64,000 nt of DNA from Phyllobates terribilis. Lineage: Eukaryota. The position numbers were made by a program, and so were the translations under genes. Numbering within the stretch: position 1 is the stretch's first letter; each line of letters begins with the position of its first letter. Below are positions 1 through 11,370 of this stretch, piece by piece. The notes beneath the pieces are model-generated. The model ran no database searches. It had not been told where the DNA came from and saw only the letters and a program-made list of their open reading frames with translations. The stretch is from NCBI RefSeq assembly GCF_046119375.1, contig NW_027362762.1, positions 380,184,001-380,248,000 on the forward strand. Direction: 5' to 3'.

Positions 1-530
1 ATACCCTGTGAAATTTTCCATATTTTTTCGCATTACACCCACAAACGTTATTTTACTTTTTTGTGAAATTCTAACACAAAGTAGAAAGTACTGTATTTGT
101 GAAATGTAAAGGAAATAATACATGGTTTTCTAATTATTTTAAAAATAGAAATCTGACAATTGTGATGTGCATTTGTACTCAGCCCCCTGAGGCAACACTT
201 TGCAGAGCCACTGGGGATTTTGGGGTATGTCTCTACCAGCTTTGCACATCTAGAGGCTGAAATTTTTGCAAATTCTTCCTTGCAGACTAGCTCTAGCTCA
301 GTGATATTGGATTGTGAACGCCTGTGAACAACAATTTTCATGTCTTGCAACAGATTCTCTATGGGATTTAGGTCTGGACTTTGACTGGGCCATTCACACA
401 CATAAATATGCTTTCATCTAAACTATTTCAGTGTAAATCTGGCATGTGTTGGTACGTATATCACATAAAATCTAAACCAAAAACATTTACGTTTATGCGT
501 GTAACTTGAAAAAATGTGGAAAAGTTCACC
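1..530 (-). mobile_element. Tc1/mariner remnant (transposase C-terminus plus terminal region)
   Basis: ORF 48..401 begins EWPSQSPDLNPIENL, the Tc1 catalytic-E motif. The tail resembles the Tc1 remnant near 26280-26481. Confidence 0.8.
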
Positions 531-862
531 AGATACTGTATGTTTATGTAGTATAATGTCAGTATATTAACATATTCACCTATCACCATCTTCTCAGGTA
601 TCCAGTGACGTTCTGCTCCTCTACTGAGTCATGTGACAGCAATTCAGATTATCCAGATCACTCTATGCTCTATGTCTGAGCCTGAGGTCTCTTTTACCAT
701 GTAAGCCTATGGAGCCTTGTTGTGATGACCATAGGTCTATACTGTAAAAGGAAATTCTGGGTCACACGGAGAGGGAAAAGTTACATTTGGTGGATGTTTA
801 GATCCCATTTTTTATTCATGTCAGCGTTTTTAGCAAAATTATGAGTGGACCCATCATGGATG

Positions 863-1833
863 TGTGGCACCCCAGGGGTCTGGTTTTCCACAGTAATGTA
901 ATGTTATGTCTGAGAGCAGGTGGGAGGTCCTTTGGTCAGGGATCCTGTGCATGCCACACCTCCTGCCCAGTTTTGGGAGGGGAAGAACTTCCCCTGTATA
1001 AACCCTGGGCTGAGGCAGGGTTAGTGAGTCAAGGAGAGTAGAAACAGCAGAAGCTCAGTGGGAGCAATATTACTACGAGTCAGGGGCTGGCAGCTGCAGA
1101 GCTCGCCCTGACTGAGAAGCTTTCTTACCGGACCCGGCGTCCGAGGCTGTGGGGACTAACTCTTACCCAGCAGCAGAAGCCGACCGGCAGGGGATTTCAG
1201 GTCCTCAGGCCCAGAAACCCGAAGGCACGGTCACACGCGTGGGACCAGCACCGCCATCATGAAGCGGAAGCCATTAGAAGGCCCCGAGTCACCGGCCATA
1301 CGGGTGAGCACCACACGGTACACTCAGGGACGTGGGCTACTTATATCCGCTTCTAGCAAGGTAGCCAGAAGAGTACAGTCAGTTTGGGAGGCCTACAACT
1401 CCGCCTGGCCAGGGGAGATCCCATCTGCTCAAGGACTGACCAGGCCCCGTTCACTAGCAAGTACTCCGGGAGGGTCTATCGTTGTTACCAGTAAAGACCC
1501 TGAATTACACCGCACCGTCTCTGAGTGGTTCCTGCTACCCCCATCATCCACATCTGCTGCCCTGAGGCCATACCCCTCCCGTTGGGGGTTATACCATCTA
1601 CGCTGCACCATCCATCCACCGGCCTCAGCGGACTGTCCTGCAGCGGCAGCTCCATAGCTGCATTCAACGGGTGGCGTAGTCGTCCTGCATCTACCGCTGT
1701 TACATCGCCGCTCAGTTTGACTCCCTGGGCACGGACCGGGTCACCGCCACGAGACTACAACCCTCAAGAGATCTGGCTCCGGGTAAGCTCCCGCGTGCGC
1801 AACGCAGCGCGACACAGGCCCAGGGGCGCGTCA
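863..1833 (+). repeat. 5' LTR of Gypsy element 1
   Basis: TGTGGCACCC...GGCGCGTCA; about 5 substitutions versus 7723-8693; TATA-like TATAAA near 997; AGTAAA near 1490. Confidence 0.97.
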
Positions 1834-1837
1834 ACTT

Positions 1838-1856
1838 TGGCGTAGTCGGCAGGATT
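1838..1856 (+). other. Primer-binding site complementary to tRNA-Ser (AGA/TGA-type 3' end)
   Basis: TGGCGTAGTCGGCAGGATT is the reverse complement of ...AATCCTGCCGACTACG+CCA and lies 4 nt after the LTR. Confidence 0.9.
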
Positions 1857-2273
1857 TCGTGCCCGCAACCACCGGGTACTGCGTGCCTGAAAAAGAGACT
1901 TTTCAAACTTACCTGTGGTGAAGATTCCCGCCATCCGGCGCCATCTTCAGCCTTCTTCCCGCCATCGGTGAAGTTTCCCGCCATCCGGCGCCATCTTCTG
2001 CCTTCTTCCCGCCATCCGTGGAGTTTTCCCGCCATTGGACGCCATCTTGAGGACGCCGCGCGGGAAGAAGAGGGGCGTGGACTCCGAAAGCGCGCGAGAA
2101 CTGAAGCCCCGCCTCACGTCCGGACGTTGCGTAAGGTCCTGGAAGGAGCCCAGCAGACGCCGACGTCACAAGAGCGCGACGGAAGGTCCTCAACCCTGAC
2201 GATCCACTGCGGAGCCGCGGCCTACGGAACAGGATCATCGCAAGGTAGGCCACGGTCCACTAGGGGGAGGAAG

Positions 2274-3254
2274 ATGTCGGATACGGAGGAGAGCTTCACT
2301 GCCTCAACCCCCGCCAGCGCTACCGCTGCTGCAGTTATGCCCTTCACCATGCCCTATATCCCGGGAGCAGCTTGGCTACCCCAGTACTCAGGGGAGTCAC
2401 ATACCCTGCATGACTTTAGAGAAAAGCTGGATAGCCTCTTCCAGGTGTACCCCCTCACAGAAGAGCAAAAAGTGAGCATCCTGGTGGCCCAACTAACCGG
2501 GGCAGCCAAAAGGGAAGTAAAATCCTGGCCACCTGGGAGGAAGACTGTCGCAGGGATACTAACCCGGCTGAAGGACACCTTTGATACCCGCACCTCAGCC
2601 GAGATTAAGCTTAGATTCTACGGGTGCAAGCAGCGAGCGCATGAGAGTATAAGGGACTATGCACTAAACCTACAAGAGGCCCTGAGGGCCATTAAGCAGA
2701 CCGACCCTGATGGAGTGGGAAACGAGGACAGGCTGTTGACCGAACAGTTTATAGAGGGACTGTATTGTAATACCCACCGAACCCAGTTGCGGGCAATGGC
2801 CTTACAGGATCCCCATCTGGGCTTTGCACAGTTCAAGGACAGAGCCATCCGGGTGCTCCGAGAACCGGCACCGGGTGGCGTTGTGACCCACAGGCGCCCA
2901 GCTAGCACTTACCACCAGGAGGCGGCGCCCTTCTCGGCAGGGCCTGTGGGAGCTGATGCGCAGGCTTTGGACAATGACCCGGCTCCAGACCTACACCATC
3001 AGGTCCAAGAGCTAGCTAAGAGCGTTGCTGCGCTAACCCGAACTGTGCAGTCTTTACAGGTTTCCACCCCAGGAAAGATCCAGCTGGCATCCGGACCGGA
3101 GGACATCCCGTGGCGTCGACCAAGGAGGACCCCACCGGCCAGAGGAAGACCCAGTGACCGATACAGCGAGGACGGACGACCCATCTGCCGCCGCTGCAAT
3201 CAACCTGGACATATGGCAAGGTACTGTTCTTTAAACGGGCACAACCTGGGGTAG
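2274..3254 (+). CDS. gag: Gag (PNMA-like capsid with CCHC zinc knuckle); ORF is open from 1968, likely ATG at 2274
   Basis: CRRCNQPGHMARYC is a CX2CX4HX4C knuckle; position directly after PBS and leader. Confidence 0.9.
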   Translation: MSDTEESFTASTPASATAAAVMPFTMPYIPGAAWLPQYSGESHTLHDFREKLDSLFQVYPLTEEQKVSILVAQLTGAAKREVKSWPPGRKTVAGILTRLKDTFDTRTSAEIKLRFYGCKQRAHESIRDYALNLQEALRAIKQTDPDGVGNEDRLLTEQFIEGLYCNTHRTQLRAMALQDPHLGFAQFKDRAIRVLREPAPGGVVTHRRPASTYHQEAAPFSAGPVGADAQALDNDPAPDLHHQVQELAKSVAALTRTVQSLQVSTPGKIQLASGPEDIPWRRPRRTPPARGRPSDRYSEDGRPICRRCNQPGHMARYCSLNGHNLG

Positions 3255-3288
3255 AGGGCCAACCCCCAGGAAAAAGATCACCAGGCCC
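3230..3288 (+). promoter_or_regulatory. -1 programmed ribosomal frameshift signal (slippery T TTA AAC plus H-type pseudoknot)
   Basis: Heptamer 3230-3236 is in gag phase; 8-nt spacer; stem 1 CCTGGGG/CCCCAGG (3245-51/3264-70); stem 2 GGGCC/GGCCC (3256-60/3284-88); pol is in the -1 frame. Confidence 0.85.
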
Positions 3289-6200
3289 ATCGAACTGGCG
3301 CGACAGATATGTGGGAGGACGTCCAGTCTTGCCTGTGGTACTGGATGGCATTCCCATGAGTGCCCTACTGGACACCGGGTCACAGGTCACCACCATCCCG
3401 TACGTGCTCTTTAAGCAGTACTGGAATGACTCGGATATTACCCGCTACCCTGACGACGACTTGAGTATCATCGCCAGCAATGGCCAGCCCGTGCCACAGA
3501 TCGGATTTAAAGAGGTGACCATCAAAATCGGTAGAGTCGAACTGGCAGCACAGGGACTGATCATTGTAGATATTGACAAGCATGAGAGTCACCCAAAAAT
3601 AACTCTAGGAACTAATGTAATTGAAAATTGTCTTGCAGAGGTGATTTTCCTTTTACAGCAGGTTGCCAAGAACGCCAGCTCCGGCGAGCAGCGGGTGCTC
3701 CAGAAAGAGATCCGGGCACTGATGCGACGGCAACAGGTGGAACTCTCCGGCGGTGAGATTGGTAGCGTAAGAATGTGTGACCCTTTTCCTATTGCCATGC
3801 CCCCAAAAAGTGAAATGATGATTTGGTGCCGGGCAGCTATTGGTCTGAGAGGTAGAGATTACCAGGCAATGGTAGAACCAGTTTACTCGGACAGTAGGCC
3901 CACCATTTTGACAGCACGGGGGGTGGTTGATGTACGCCATGGGAGGGTGCCCGTTCGCATAATAAATATCGGGGAGAGGGAAGTGTACCTGCCCCGGTAT
4001 GCCACGCTAGCCAAATTATATACCATTAACCAAAATTCTATACAATCTGTGGAACCCTTGCCTCCATCTCACCCGGAGGAAGGTAACGGCTCTAAGAAAA
4101 ACATGGAGGACTGGTGTCAGCAACTACATCTGGGTACTGACTCCACTCCCGCACACCAGAAACAAGGAGTCTATCGGGTGGTTCAGGAGTACGAGAGAGT
4201 GTTCAGTAAACACCCGTTAGACTTCGGGCGAGTCAAGGGGGTAGAACACCACATCCCCACGGGAGACCATCCTCCTATAAAAGAGAGGTATCGACCCGTA
4301 CCCCCTGCCCACTACCAACACGCCAAGGGGATGCTTAGAGACATGAAGGAGGCTGGGGTGATCAGGGATAGCTGTAGCCCCTGGGCAGCTCCACTAGTCT
4401 TAGTCCGAAAGAAAGACAACACCATGAGGATGTGTGCAGATTACCGGAAAATCAATCGTATCACACACAAGGATGCGTACCCCTTACCAAGGATAGAGGA
4501 GTCATTGGCTGCTTTAAGATCTGCTAACTTCTTCTCTACCTTGGATCTCACTAGCGGGTACTGGCAGCTTCCTGTAGCAGAGGCGGACCGGGAGAAGACC
4601 GCATTCACCACCCCGATGGGACTTAGCGAGTTCACCTGCATGCCGTTCGGACTCTGCAACGCACCAGGAACCTTCCAACGACTAATGGAGTGTTGTCTGG
4701 GCCACAGAAACTTCGAGACGGTCCTGTTGTACCTGGACGATGTCATCGTATATTCCAAGACGTATGAGGACCACCTGAAACACCTGGCGGAAGTGTTCGA
4801 GGCTCTGGCGAGTTACGGCCTAAAGGTGAAACCCTCCAAGTGTCACCTCCTGAAACCAAAGGTGCAGTACCTGGGACACGTGGTGAGCGCTGACGGAGTG
4901 GCTCCCGACCCTGATAAGATCACCGCAATTAAGGAATGGCCAAGCCCCTCCAGCGTAAAAGAAGTGCGGCAGTTCCTCGGGTTGGTAGGCTACTACCGAA
5001 GGTTTATTCCCGGTTTCACCAAAAAGGCAGCACCTATGCAGGACCTCCTGATAGGCCAGTCCCGGAAGGCCAAGAACCAGAAGCCGCCCTTCAAATGGGA
5101 GGAGCTGGAAGAAGAGTCCTTCCGCCAGTTGAAGATGGCCCTCACGGGGGACGAAATCCTGGCGTACCCGGATTATAGCCAGCCCTTTATCCTCTACACC
5201 GACGCCAGTAACATCGGGCTAGGAGCCGTACTGTCCCAGATCCAGCAGGGGAAGGAACGAGTAATCGCCTACGCCAGCCGAAAACTGCGACCCACCGAAA
5301 GGAACCCCGAGAATTACAGCTCATTTAAGTTAGAGTTCCTGGCCGTAGTATGGGCAGTCACCGAGCGCTTTAAGCATTACCTCGCTTCTTCCCGGTTCAC
5401 CGTGTACACGGATAACAACCCGTTGACACACCTGGACACGGCAAGACTCGGTGCCCTGGAGCAGAGGTGGATGGCCCGTCTGTCCAACTACGAGTTCACA
5501 ATCAAATACCGGGCAGGACGCTCCAATACCAACGCGGACGCCCTGTCCAGGATGCCCAACCTGCCGGACGGAGGAGAAGATCCGGAGGGACTGGAAGAAG
5601 TTGAACTCCCTGCGTTCCACCGTCATGGGACTATCCAGTATTCCCACCGGGTAAGGAGTAAGCAGGCTGCTACGTTGAACCCCTTACCCCACTACAACTG
5701 GGCGGAAATGCAAGACAGCGACCCTGCCGTCCGACTGGTGAAGGAGATGCTGACTCGGCCGGAGGCTCGCCTTGAACCAGACGCTCCGGAGGAAGCCAAA
5801 CAACTATGGGCAGAGAAGAGTCGACTGTTCCTTTACAAAGGGAAGTTGTGCCGCAGAATGGTTAACTCCCGGACGCATGAATTACTCTGGCAAGTAGTGG
5901 TGCCACGAAGAGACGCAGCCATGGTGATGGAGGCATACCACGACGGAGCTGGACACTTCGGGTGGAAGAAGCTGGAGTTCCTGCTGCGCGAGCGGTTCCA
6001 CTGGGTAGGCATGAGGGGAACCATCGAGAAGTGGTGCAGAGACTGTGGCCCGTGCAACCTGAGGAGGAAGGACCGTGCCAGCCAGAAGACTCCCCTGCAG
6101 TCCATCGTCACCCGGCAACCGTTGGAACTGGTAGCCTTGGATCATGTAAAACTGACCCCAAGCAGAAGTGGCTACGTCTACGCGTTAACCATCGTGGATC

Positions 6201-7366
6201 ATTACTCCCGGTTTCTGGTTGTCGTCCCCGTCAAGGACTTAACGGCTCAAACAGCAGCTAGAGCCTTCCAGCAGCACTTTTGCCGTCCACACGGGTACCC
6301 GGACCAAGTGCTGACGGACCAGGGACCTGCCTTTGAAGCGGAGGTCTTCCAGGAATTCTGCAATCTGTATGGCTGCCGGAAGATAAGGACGACACCCTAC
6401 CATCCGCAAACTAATGGACTTTGTGATAAAATGAACCAGGTGGTAATGGATCTTCTAAAAACGTTGCCCCTGGAAGAACGCAGTCTGTGGCCTGAGAAGT
6501 TGCCCGATCTGGTGGACCTATACAACCACATCCCGGTAGGTTCCACCAACTGTACCCCGGCTTACCTAATGAGGGCAAGACCTGGTAAGTTACCTGTTGA
6601 CCTGGAAATGGGAGTCCTGACACCCGAGGACACTTCACCAGAAACAGACTGGGACACAGAGAGGCAGCAGCAGTACCGGAGAGTACAGGAGAGCGTGGAG
6701 CGAAGTCTCTGTCAGGCTAGGGAAAGACAAGAGAAAACTTACAACCAGCATGCTCCCGCTGTTCCCCTGGTACCCGGAGAGCAGGTCTTGAAGAGGAAGA
6801 GACGGCTCCACAAGTTGGATGACCAGTGGGAGAAGGACCCGTACACCGTACTGCCCTCAAGCCACGAGAACCCGAAGGTTTGTACCATCAGTAAAGACGG
6901 AGGGGAAACCACAGCCATTGTATCCCGGGACCACCTGAAGAAGTGTCCCGAACAACTGAGGAACCCTGAAGAGGAACAAGAAGACCATCGACCCGTAGAG
7001 GAAAGGGAAGATATGGTTAGTACTGTGCTTGGGGACTTCCCTCGGTCTTGGACTCAGGTCAATGGTGCAGTTGTGGTACCCGTACTCACCTTCCTCCAAC
7101 CAGCATCCCAAGCACCTACGGAGCAACAGGTAGAGCTGGAAGAACAGCCGGTCCAGGAGGCAGAAGACTCCACACAAGCAGAACAGGAGGATCAACCCTC
7201 TGCTTATAGTGAGCCTGCCGTACCCCTAGTGAGACAAAGAGCCGGTAGACAGCTGCCCAGTTTACCCTTGACAGCTCCTACACCCTGTAGTTCAGGGCTA
7301 GACAGTCAGCTCCGTAGGTCCACTAGGGCCACTAGAGGCCAGTTACCCGCACGCTGGAGGATTTGA
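3230..7366 (+). CDS. pol: Pol polyprotein (protease, RT, RNase H, integrase) expressed by -1 frameshift
   Basis: LLDTGS (PR), YLDD (RT), LYTDAS (RH), HDGAGH...CRDCGPC zinc finger plus DDE core (IN); no stops over more than 1350 codons. Confidence 0.96.
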   Translation, partial: FKRAQPGVEGQPPGKRSPGPSNWRDRYVGGRPVLPVVLDGIPMSALLDTGSQVTTIPYVLFKQYWNDSDITRYPDDDLSIIASNGQPVPQIGFKEVTIKIGRVELAAQGLIIVDIDKHESHPKITLGTNVIENCLAEVIFLLQQVAKNASSGEQRVLQKEIRALMRRQQVELSGGEIGSVRMCDPFPIAMPPKSEMMIWCRAAIGLRGRDYQAMVEPVYSDSRPTILTARGVVDVRHGRVPVRIINIGEREVYLPRYATLAKLYTINQNSIQSVEPLPPSHPEEGNGSKKNMEDWCQQLHLGTDSTPAHQKQGVYRVVQEYERVFSKHPLDFGRVKGVEHHIPTGDHPPIKERYRPVPPAHYQHAKGMLRDMKEAGVIRDSCSPWAAPLVLVRKKDNTMRMCADYRKINRITHKDAYPLPRIEESLAALRSANFFSTLDLTSGYWQLPVAEADREKTAFTTPMGLSEFTCMPFGLCNAPGTFQRLMECCLGHRNFETVLLYLDDVIVYSKTYEDHLKHLAEVFEALASYGLKVKPSKCHLLKPKVQYLGHVVSADGVAPDPDKITAIKEWPSPSSVKEVRQFLGLVGYYRRFIPGFTKKAAPMQDLLIGQSRKAKNQKPPFKWEELEEESFRQLKMALTGDEILAYPDYSQPFILYTDASNIGLGAVLSQIQQGKERVIAYASRKLRPTERNPENYSSFKLEFLAVVWAVTERFKHYLASSRFTVYTDNNPLTHLDTARLGALEQRWMARLSNYEFTIKYRAGRSNTNADALSRMPNLPDGGEDPEGLEEVELPAFHRHGTIQYSHRVRSKQAATLNPLPHYNWAEMQDSDPAVRLVKEMLTRPEARLEPDAPEEAKQLWAEKSRLFLYKGKLCRRMVNSRTHELLWQVVVPRRDAAMVMEAYHDGAGHFGWKKLEFLLRERFHWVGMRGTIEKWCRDCGPCNLRRKDRASQKTPLQSIVTRQPLELVALDHVKLTPSRSGYVYALTIVDHYSRFLVVVPVKDLTAQTAARAFQQHFCRPHGYPDQVLTDQGPAFEAEVFQEFCNLYGCRKIRTTPYHPQTNGLCDKMNQVVMDLLKTLPLEERSLWPEKLPDLVDLYNHIPVGSTNCTPAYLMRARPGKLPVDLEMGVLTPEDTSPETDWDTERQQQYRRVQESVERSLCQARERQEKTYNQHAPAVPLVPGEQVLKRKRRLHKLDDQWEKDPYTVLPSSHENPKVCTISKDGGETTAIVSRDHLKKCPEQLRNPEEEQEDHRPVEEREDMVSTVLGDFPRSWTQVNGAVVVPVLTFLQPASQAPTEQQVELEEQPVQEAEDSTQAEQEDQPSAYSEPAVPLVRQRAGRQLPSLPLTAPTPCSSGLDSQLRRSTRATRGQLPARWRI

Positions 7367-7713
7367 AGTGTATAAATTGTTTTATTTATGTTTATCTGTG
7401 TATTGTTGCTTGTGTATAATTTTGTGTTTCCAGTTATTTTTAGGAATCCTTGGTGGATTTACCGGGAATCCTTGTACATAGTTGGAGCGTAACCCAGGAT
7501 GGACTAGAGACTGTTAAGGACTCGGGGTAGGACAGACCCCTACCTGGTTACGTCTCCCTGTTTTGGTGAAATGGACACCTTGCTTTCTTCAAAGACTGCA
7601 CCCGGTTACGGACACGCCGTGACCAGCTTTATGTGTTTCCTTATTGTAATGTTATTGTTTATACTTTGTTATGTTACAAAAATATGTTTAGTCCCGGAGT
7701 ACTAAATTTCACT

Positions 7714-7722
7714 AGGGGGGAA
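7714..7722 (+). other. Polypurine tract
   Basis: AGGGGGGAA directly before the 3' LTR. Confidence 0.9.
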
Positions 7723-8693
7723 TGTGGCACCCCAGGGGTCTGGTTTTCCACAGTAATGTAATGTTATGTCTGAGAGCAGGTGGGAGGTCCTTTGGTCAGG
7801 GATCCTGTGCATGCCACACCTCCTGCCCAGTCTTGGGAGGGGAAGAACTTCCCCTGTATAAACCCTGGGCTGAGGCAGGGTTAGTGAGTCAAGGAGAGTA
7901 GAAACAGCAGAAGCTCAGTGGGAGCAATATTACTACGAGTCAGGGGCTGGCAGCTGCAGAGCTCGCCCTGACTGAGAAGCTTTCTTACCGGACCCGGCGT
8001 CCGAGGCTGTGGGGACTAACTCTTACCCAGCAGCAGAAGCCGACCGGCAGGGGATTTCAGGTCCTCAGGCCCAGAAACCCGAAGGCACGGTCACACGCGT
8101 GGGACCAGCACCGCCATCGTGGAGCGGAAGCCATTAGAAGGCCCCGAGTCACCGGCCATACGGGTGAGCACCACACGGTACACTCAGGGACGTGGGCTAC
8201 TTATATCCGCTTCTAGCAAGGTAGCCAGAAGAGTACAGTCAGTTTGGGAGGCCTACAACTCCGCCTGGCCAGGGGAGATCCCATCTGCTCAAGGACTGAC
8301 CAGGCCCCGTTCACTAGCAAGTACTCCGGGAGGGTCTATCGTTGTTACCAGTAAAGACCCTGAATTACACCGCACCGTCTCTGAGTGGTTCCTGCTACCC
8401 CCATCATCCACATCTGCTGCCCTGAGGCCATACCCCTCCCGTTGGGGGTTATACCATCTACGCTGCACCATCCATCCACCGGCCTCAGCGGACTGTCCTG
8501 CAGCGGCAGCTCCATAGCTGCATTCAGCGGGTGGCGTAGTCGTCCTGCATCTACCGCTGTTACATCGCCGCTCAGTTTGACTCCCTGGGCACGGACCGGG
8601 TCACCGCCACGAGACTACAACCCTCAAGAGATCCGGCTCCGGGTAAGCTCCCGCGTGCGCAACGCAGCGCGACACAGGCCCAGGGGCGCGTCA
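7723..8693 (+). repeat. 3' LTR of Gypsy element 1
   Basis: Direct repeat of 863-1833, followed by TSD GATG. Confidence 0.97.
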
Positions 8694-8729
8694 GATGAAA
8701 AGTAACCCATGAATGGTCTCATGTTTTAC

Positions 8730-9190
8730 TGTTAGCATGAATCATGGTAGCGCTCACCTTTTCTTCTCCGGACAATCATTCTTCCAGATATCCTCCCAAA
8801 CAGTCTGAAGCCGGCTTCTTCAGACAAAACAACTTTATCCCAGTCCTCTGCCATCCGATTCCTGTGCATCATACAACATCTGTGCATCATACATTTTCTA
8901 TGATGACGCCCATGGCTACGAATCTCCCCAGATCTCAATTCCATTGAGAATCGGTGCTCAATGCTCAAAAAGTGGGAAGACAAAGACAGACAAATAATGA
9001 TAAACTCCAACCTCTGATTAAACAAGAATGTATTGCCATGTGTCTGGATTTGGACCAAGATCTGACATCCAGCATGGCAGCAAGAATGACATAAGTTCTC
9101 AGAAATAAGAAACAACACTTAAAAATGTTAAGTCTCTGTATAAACTTGATGCAATTGTCAATAAAAGTATAAAACATCTGACTAAGGCCG
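8730..9190 (-). mobile_element. Tc1-like transposase fragment
   Basis: WDKVVLSEEAGFRLFG...RRRKGERY resembles the Tc1 W..V.FSDE region; SPDLN-like remnant near 8925-8950. Confidence 0.6.
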
Positions 9191-9387
9191 ACTAACACTT
9201 TCGGTATTTGCTATCACGTTGCAAAGTGAAAGGAGGAGTTGGGAAGGCAATGGGAGTCGGTACATGTGGCATTGGCTGTATCAGGACAATAGGCGTATAG
9301 GCTACAGTGAATTTCCCTAAAATGAATATTGCTTATCAACATAAAAACGTTGCATATTCTGTTATCCTTTTATATGTTGCTTTACAG

Positions 9388-9539
9388 GCTATCTATCAAA
9401 GGAGATCAAACTTATATTAACATTACGCTTCATATAAATTGTGTTGTCCCAGAAATCTACAACATTCCTATTACATGTACAGTAGACAGCCCATGGGGGA
9501 CAGACAATTCAACACTTTATCTGAGAGCCTTCAATACAG
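9388..9539 (+). CDS. IL1R2: Internal exon of an IL-1 receptor family gene (C-terminal half of Ig domain 3), IL1R2-like
   Basis: Pyrimidine tract plus tttacag acceptor and GT donor; encodes LSIKGDQTYINITLHINCVVPEIYNIPITCTVDSPWGTDNSTLYLRAFNT with an Ig F-strand TCTV..S..G pattern; phase 2/1 joins in frame to the TM exon at 23990. Confidence 0.72.
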
Positions 9540-10189
9540 GTCTGTATACCTTTATTAGATGTACATAGAGTATCCTGTAATACCTAATTAGGGAAGTCAT
9601 GCCAAATGTGTTATTGTAATAATATACATATTAATAATAGTAAAACTGTACGTATTGCCTGATATCTATTATTCTCAAAAGTACAAAGATTCTATATCTG
9701 AATCACATTTTGCAATTCCTACCCAAAGTATTACCTGCTAACAATATCATGGTATAAGTTTTCATTTTTTTGCTTTATTGTCGTTAATTTCTATAGGAAA
9801 GGTGATAACTTTCTGATCGGTGTGGTGTGGAACACTAGGACCCCCACCAGGGGCTTACATAGAAATCATGCGCCTAATAGCAGAAGTTTTAATTGGGGCC
9901 CCCTAAAAAAAAAAAATTATATTCGGCGGAGTCAAACAGGAGCATGCAATCATGGCCAAAAGTGTTGGCACCCTTGAAATTGTTCCAGAAATTTAAGTAT
10001 TTCTCCCAGAAAATTATTGCAATTATACATGTTTTGTTATATACATGTTTATTTCTTTTGTGTATATTGGATCAACACAAAAAGAGGAACACAAGGCAAA
10101 TTGGGCATAGTTTCACACAAAACCCCCAAAATGGGCCAGACAAAATTGTTGGCACCTTTCCAAAAATATGGGTAAACTACTTTGTTTCA

Positions 10190-10625
10190 AGCACCATTCC
10201 AGTGTTTTTTTTTTGAACGAGAGTGGCGCTTTAAATTTAAGCTCCCTGCTCCTGGTCATATACTCACCCTTCGGCGTCTTCACCGTTTTTCGGCGCTGTC
10301 CAGTCCTACGGCACCATCTTGTGACTGCAGCTTCTGATTGGCCAGAAGTCAGAAGCTACGTCACAGGCTCTCATTGCAACTCTATGAGAGCCAGAGACGA
10401 GGTTCTCATAGACTTGTATTGACAAGTGACCTCCGTACAACTCCATGAAACATTGGAGCTGCCAGTAGGTCACTTTTCTCTGGAGACCGATGTTAGCGGC
10501 GCTGGAAAACGATGAAGACTGTAAGACGGTGGCAGGTGAGTATAAGACAGGGGGCAGGGGACTAACATTTAAAATATCACTACAGCGGTGCAATAAAAAA
10601 AAAAAAGCTGGAGTGGTTTTCAAGC
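10190..10625. mobile_element. Palindromic MITE nested in Tc1 (T2/Kolobok-like)
   Basis: Inverted ends CACCATTCCAG/CTGGAGTGGT; inner IRs TATACTCACC/GGTGAGTATA; interrupts the Tc1 left arm. Confidence 0.5.
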
Positions 10626-11091
10626 ATGTGATGCTCGTTCAAACTCATCTGTGGCAAGTAAGAAGTGTGGGCAATATGAAAATCACACCTGAAACCAGAT
10701 ATAAAGGGGAGAAGTTGACTCAATCTTTGCATTGTGTGTGTGTGTGTGTGCCACACTAAGCATGGAGAACAAAACGAAGAGAAAAGAACTGTCTGAGGAC
10801 TTAAGAACCAAAATTGTTGAAAAATATCAACAATTTCAAGGTTACAAGTCCATCACCAGAGATCTTGATGTTCCTTTGTCCACGGTGTGTAACATAATCA
10901 ACCCATGGCACTGTAGCTAATCTCCCTGTACGTGGATGATAGAGAAAAATTGATGAAAGGTTGCAACGCAGGATAGTACGGACGGCAGATAAGCAGCCCC
11001 AATCAAGTTTCAAAGAAATTCAAGTTGTCTTGCTACACAGAGACGTAAAAAAGAGAGACTGCAGTCTGATCAGTGTGGTGTGGAACACTAG

Positions 11092-11370
<279 letters not shown>

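Larger units (their letters stand above)
863..8693 (+). mobile_element. Full-length, apparently intact Ty3/Gypsy LTR retrotransposon (7831 bp)
   Basis: Two 971-bp TG...CA LTRs, 4-bp TSD GATG (859-862 and 8694-8697), PBS, PPT, open gag and open pol in PR-RT-RH-IN order. Confidence 0.97.

Noticed and set aside
598-710. Exon-like segment (ctcag|GT...AT|gtaagc) with phases compatible with the missing upstream IL1R2 exon
   Set aside because: All frames contain stops (GIQ*RS... in the compatible frame), there is no Ig-domain similarity, and no selenoprotein context is evident.
1259-1657. 132-aa ORF seen twice (also 8119-8517)
   Set aside because: It is duplicated only because it lies in the LTRs; one copy lacks an ATG and no domain is recognisable.
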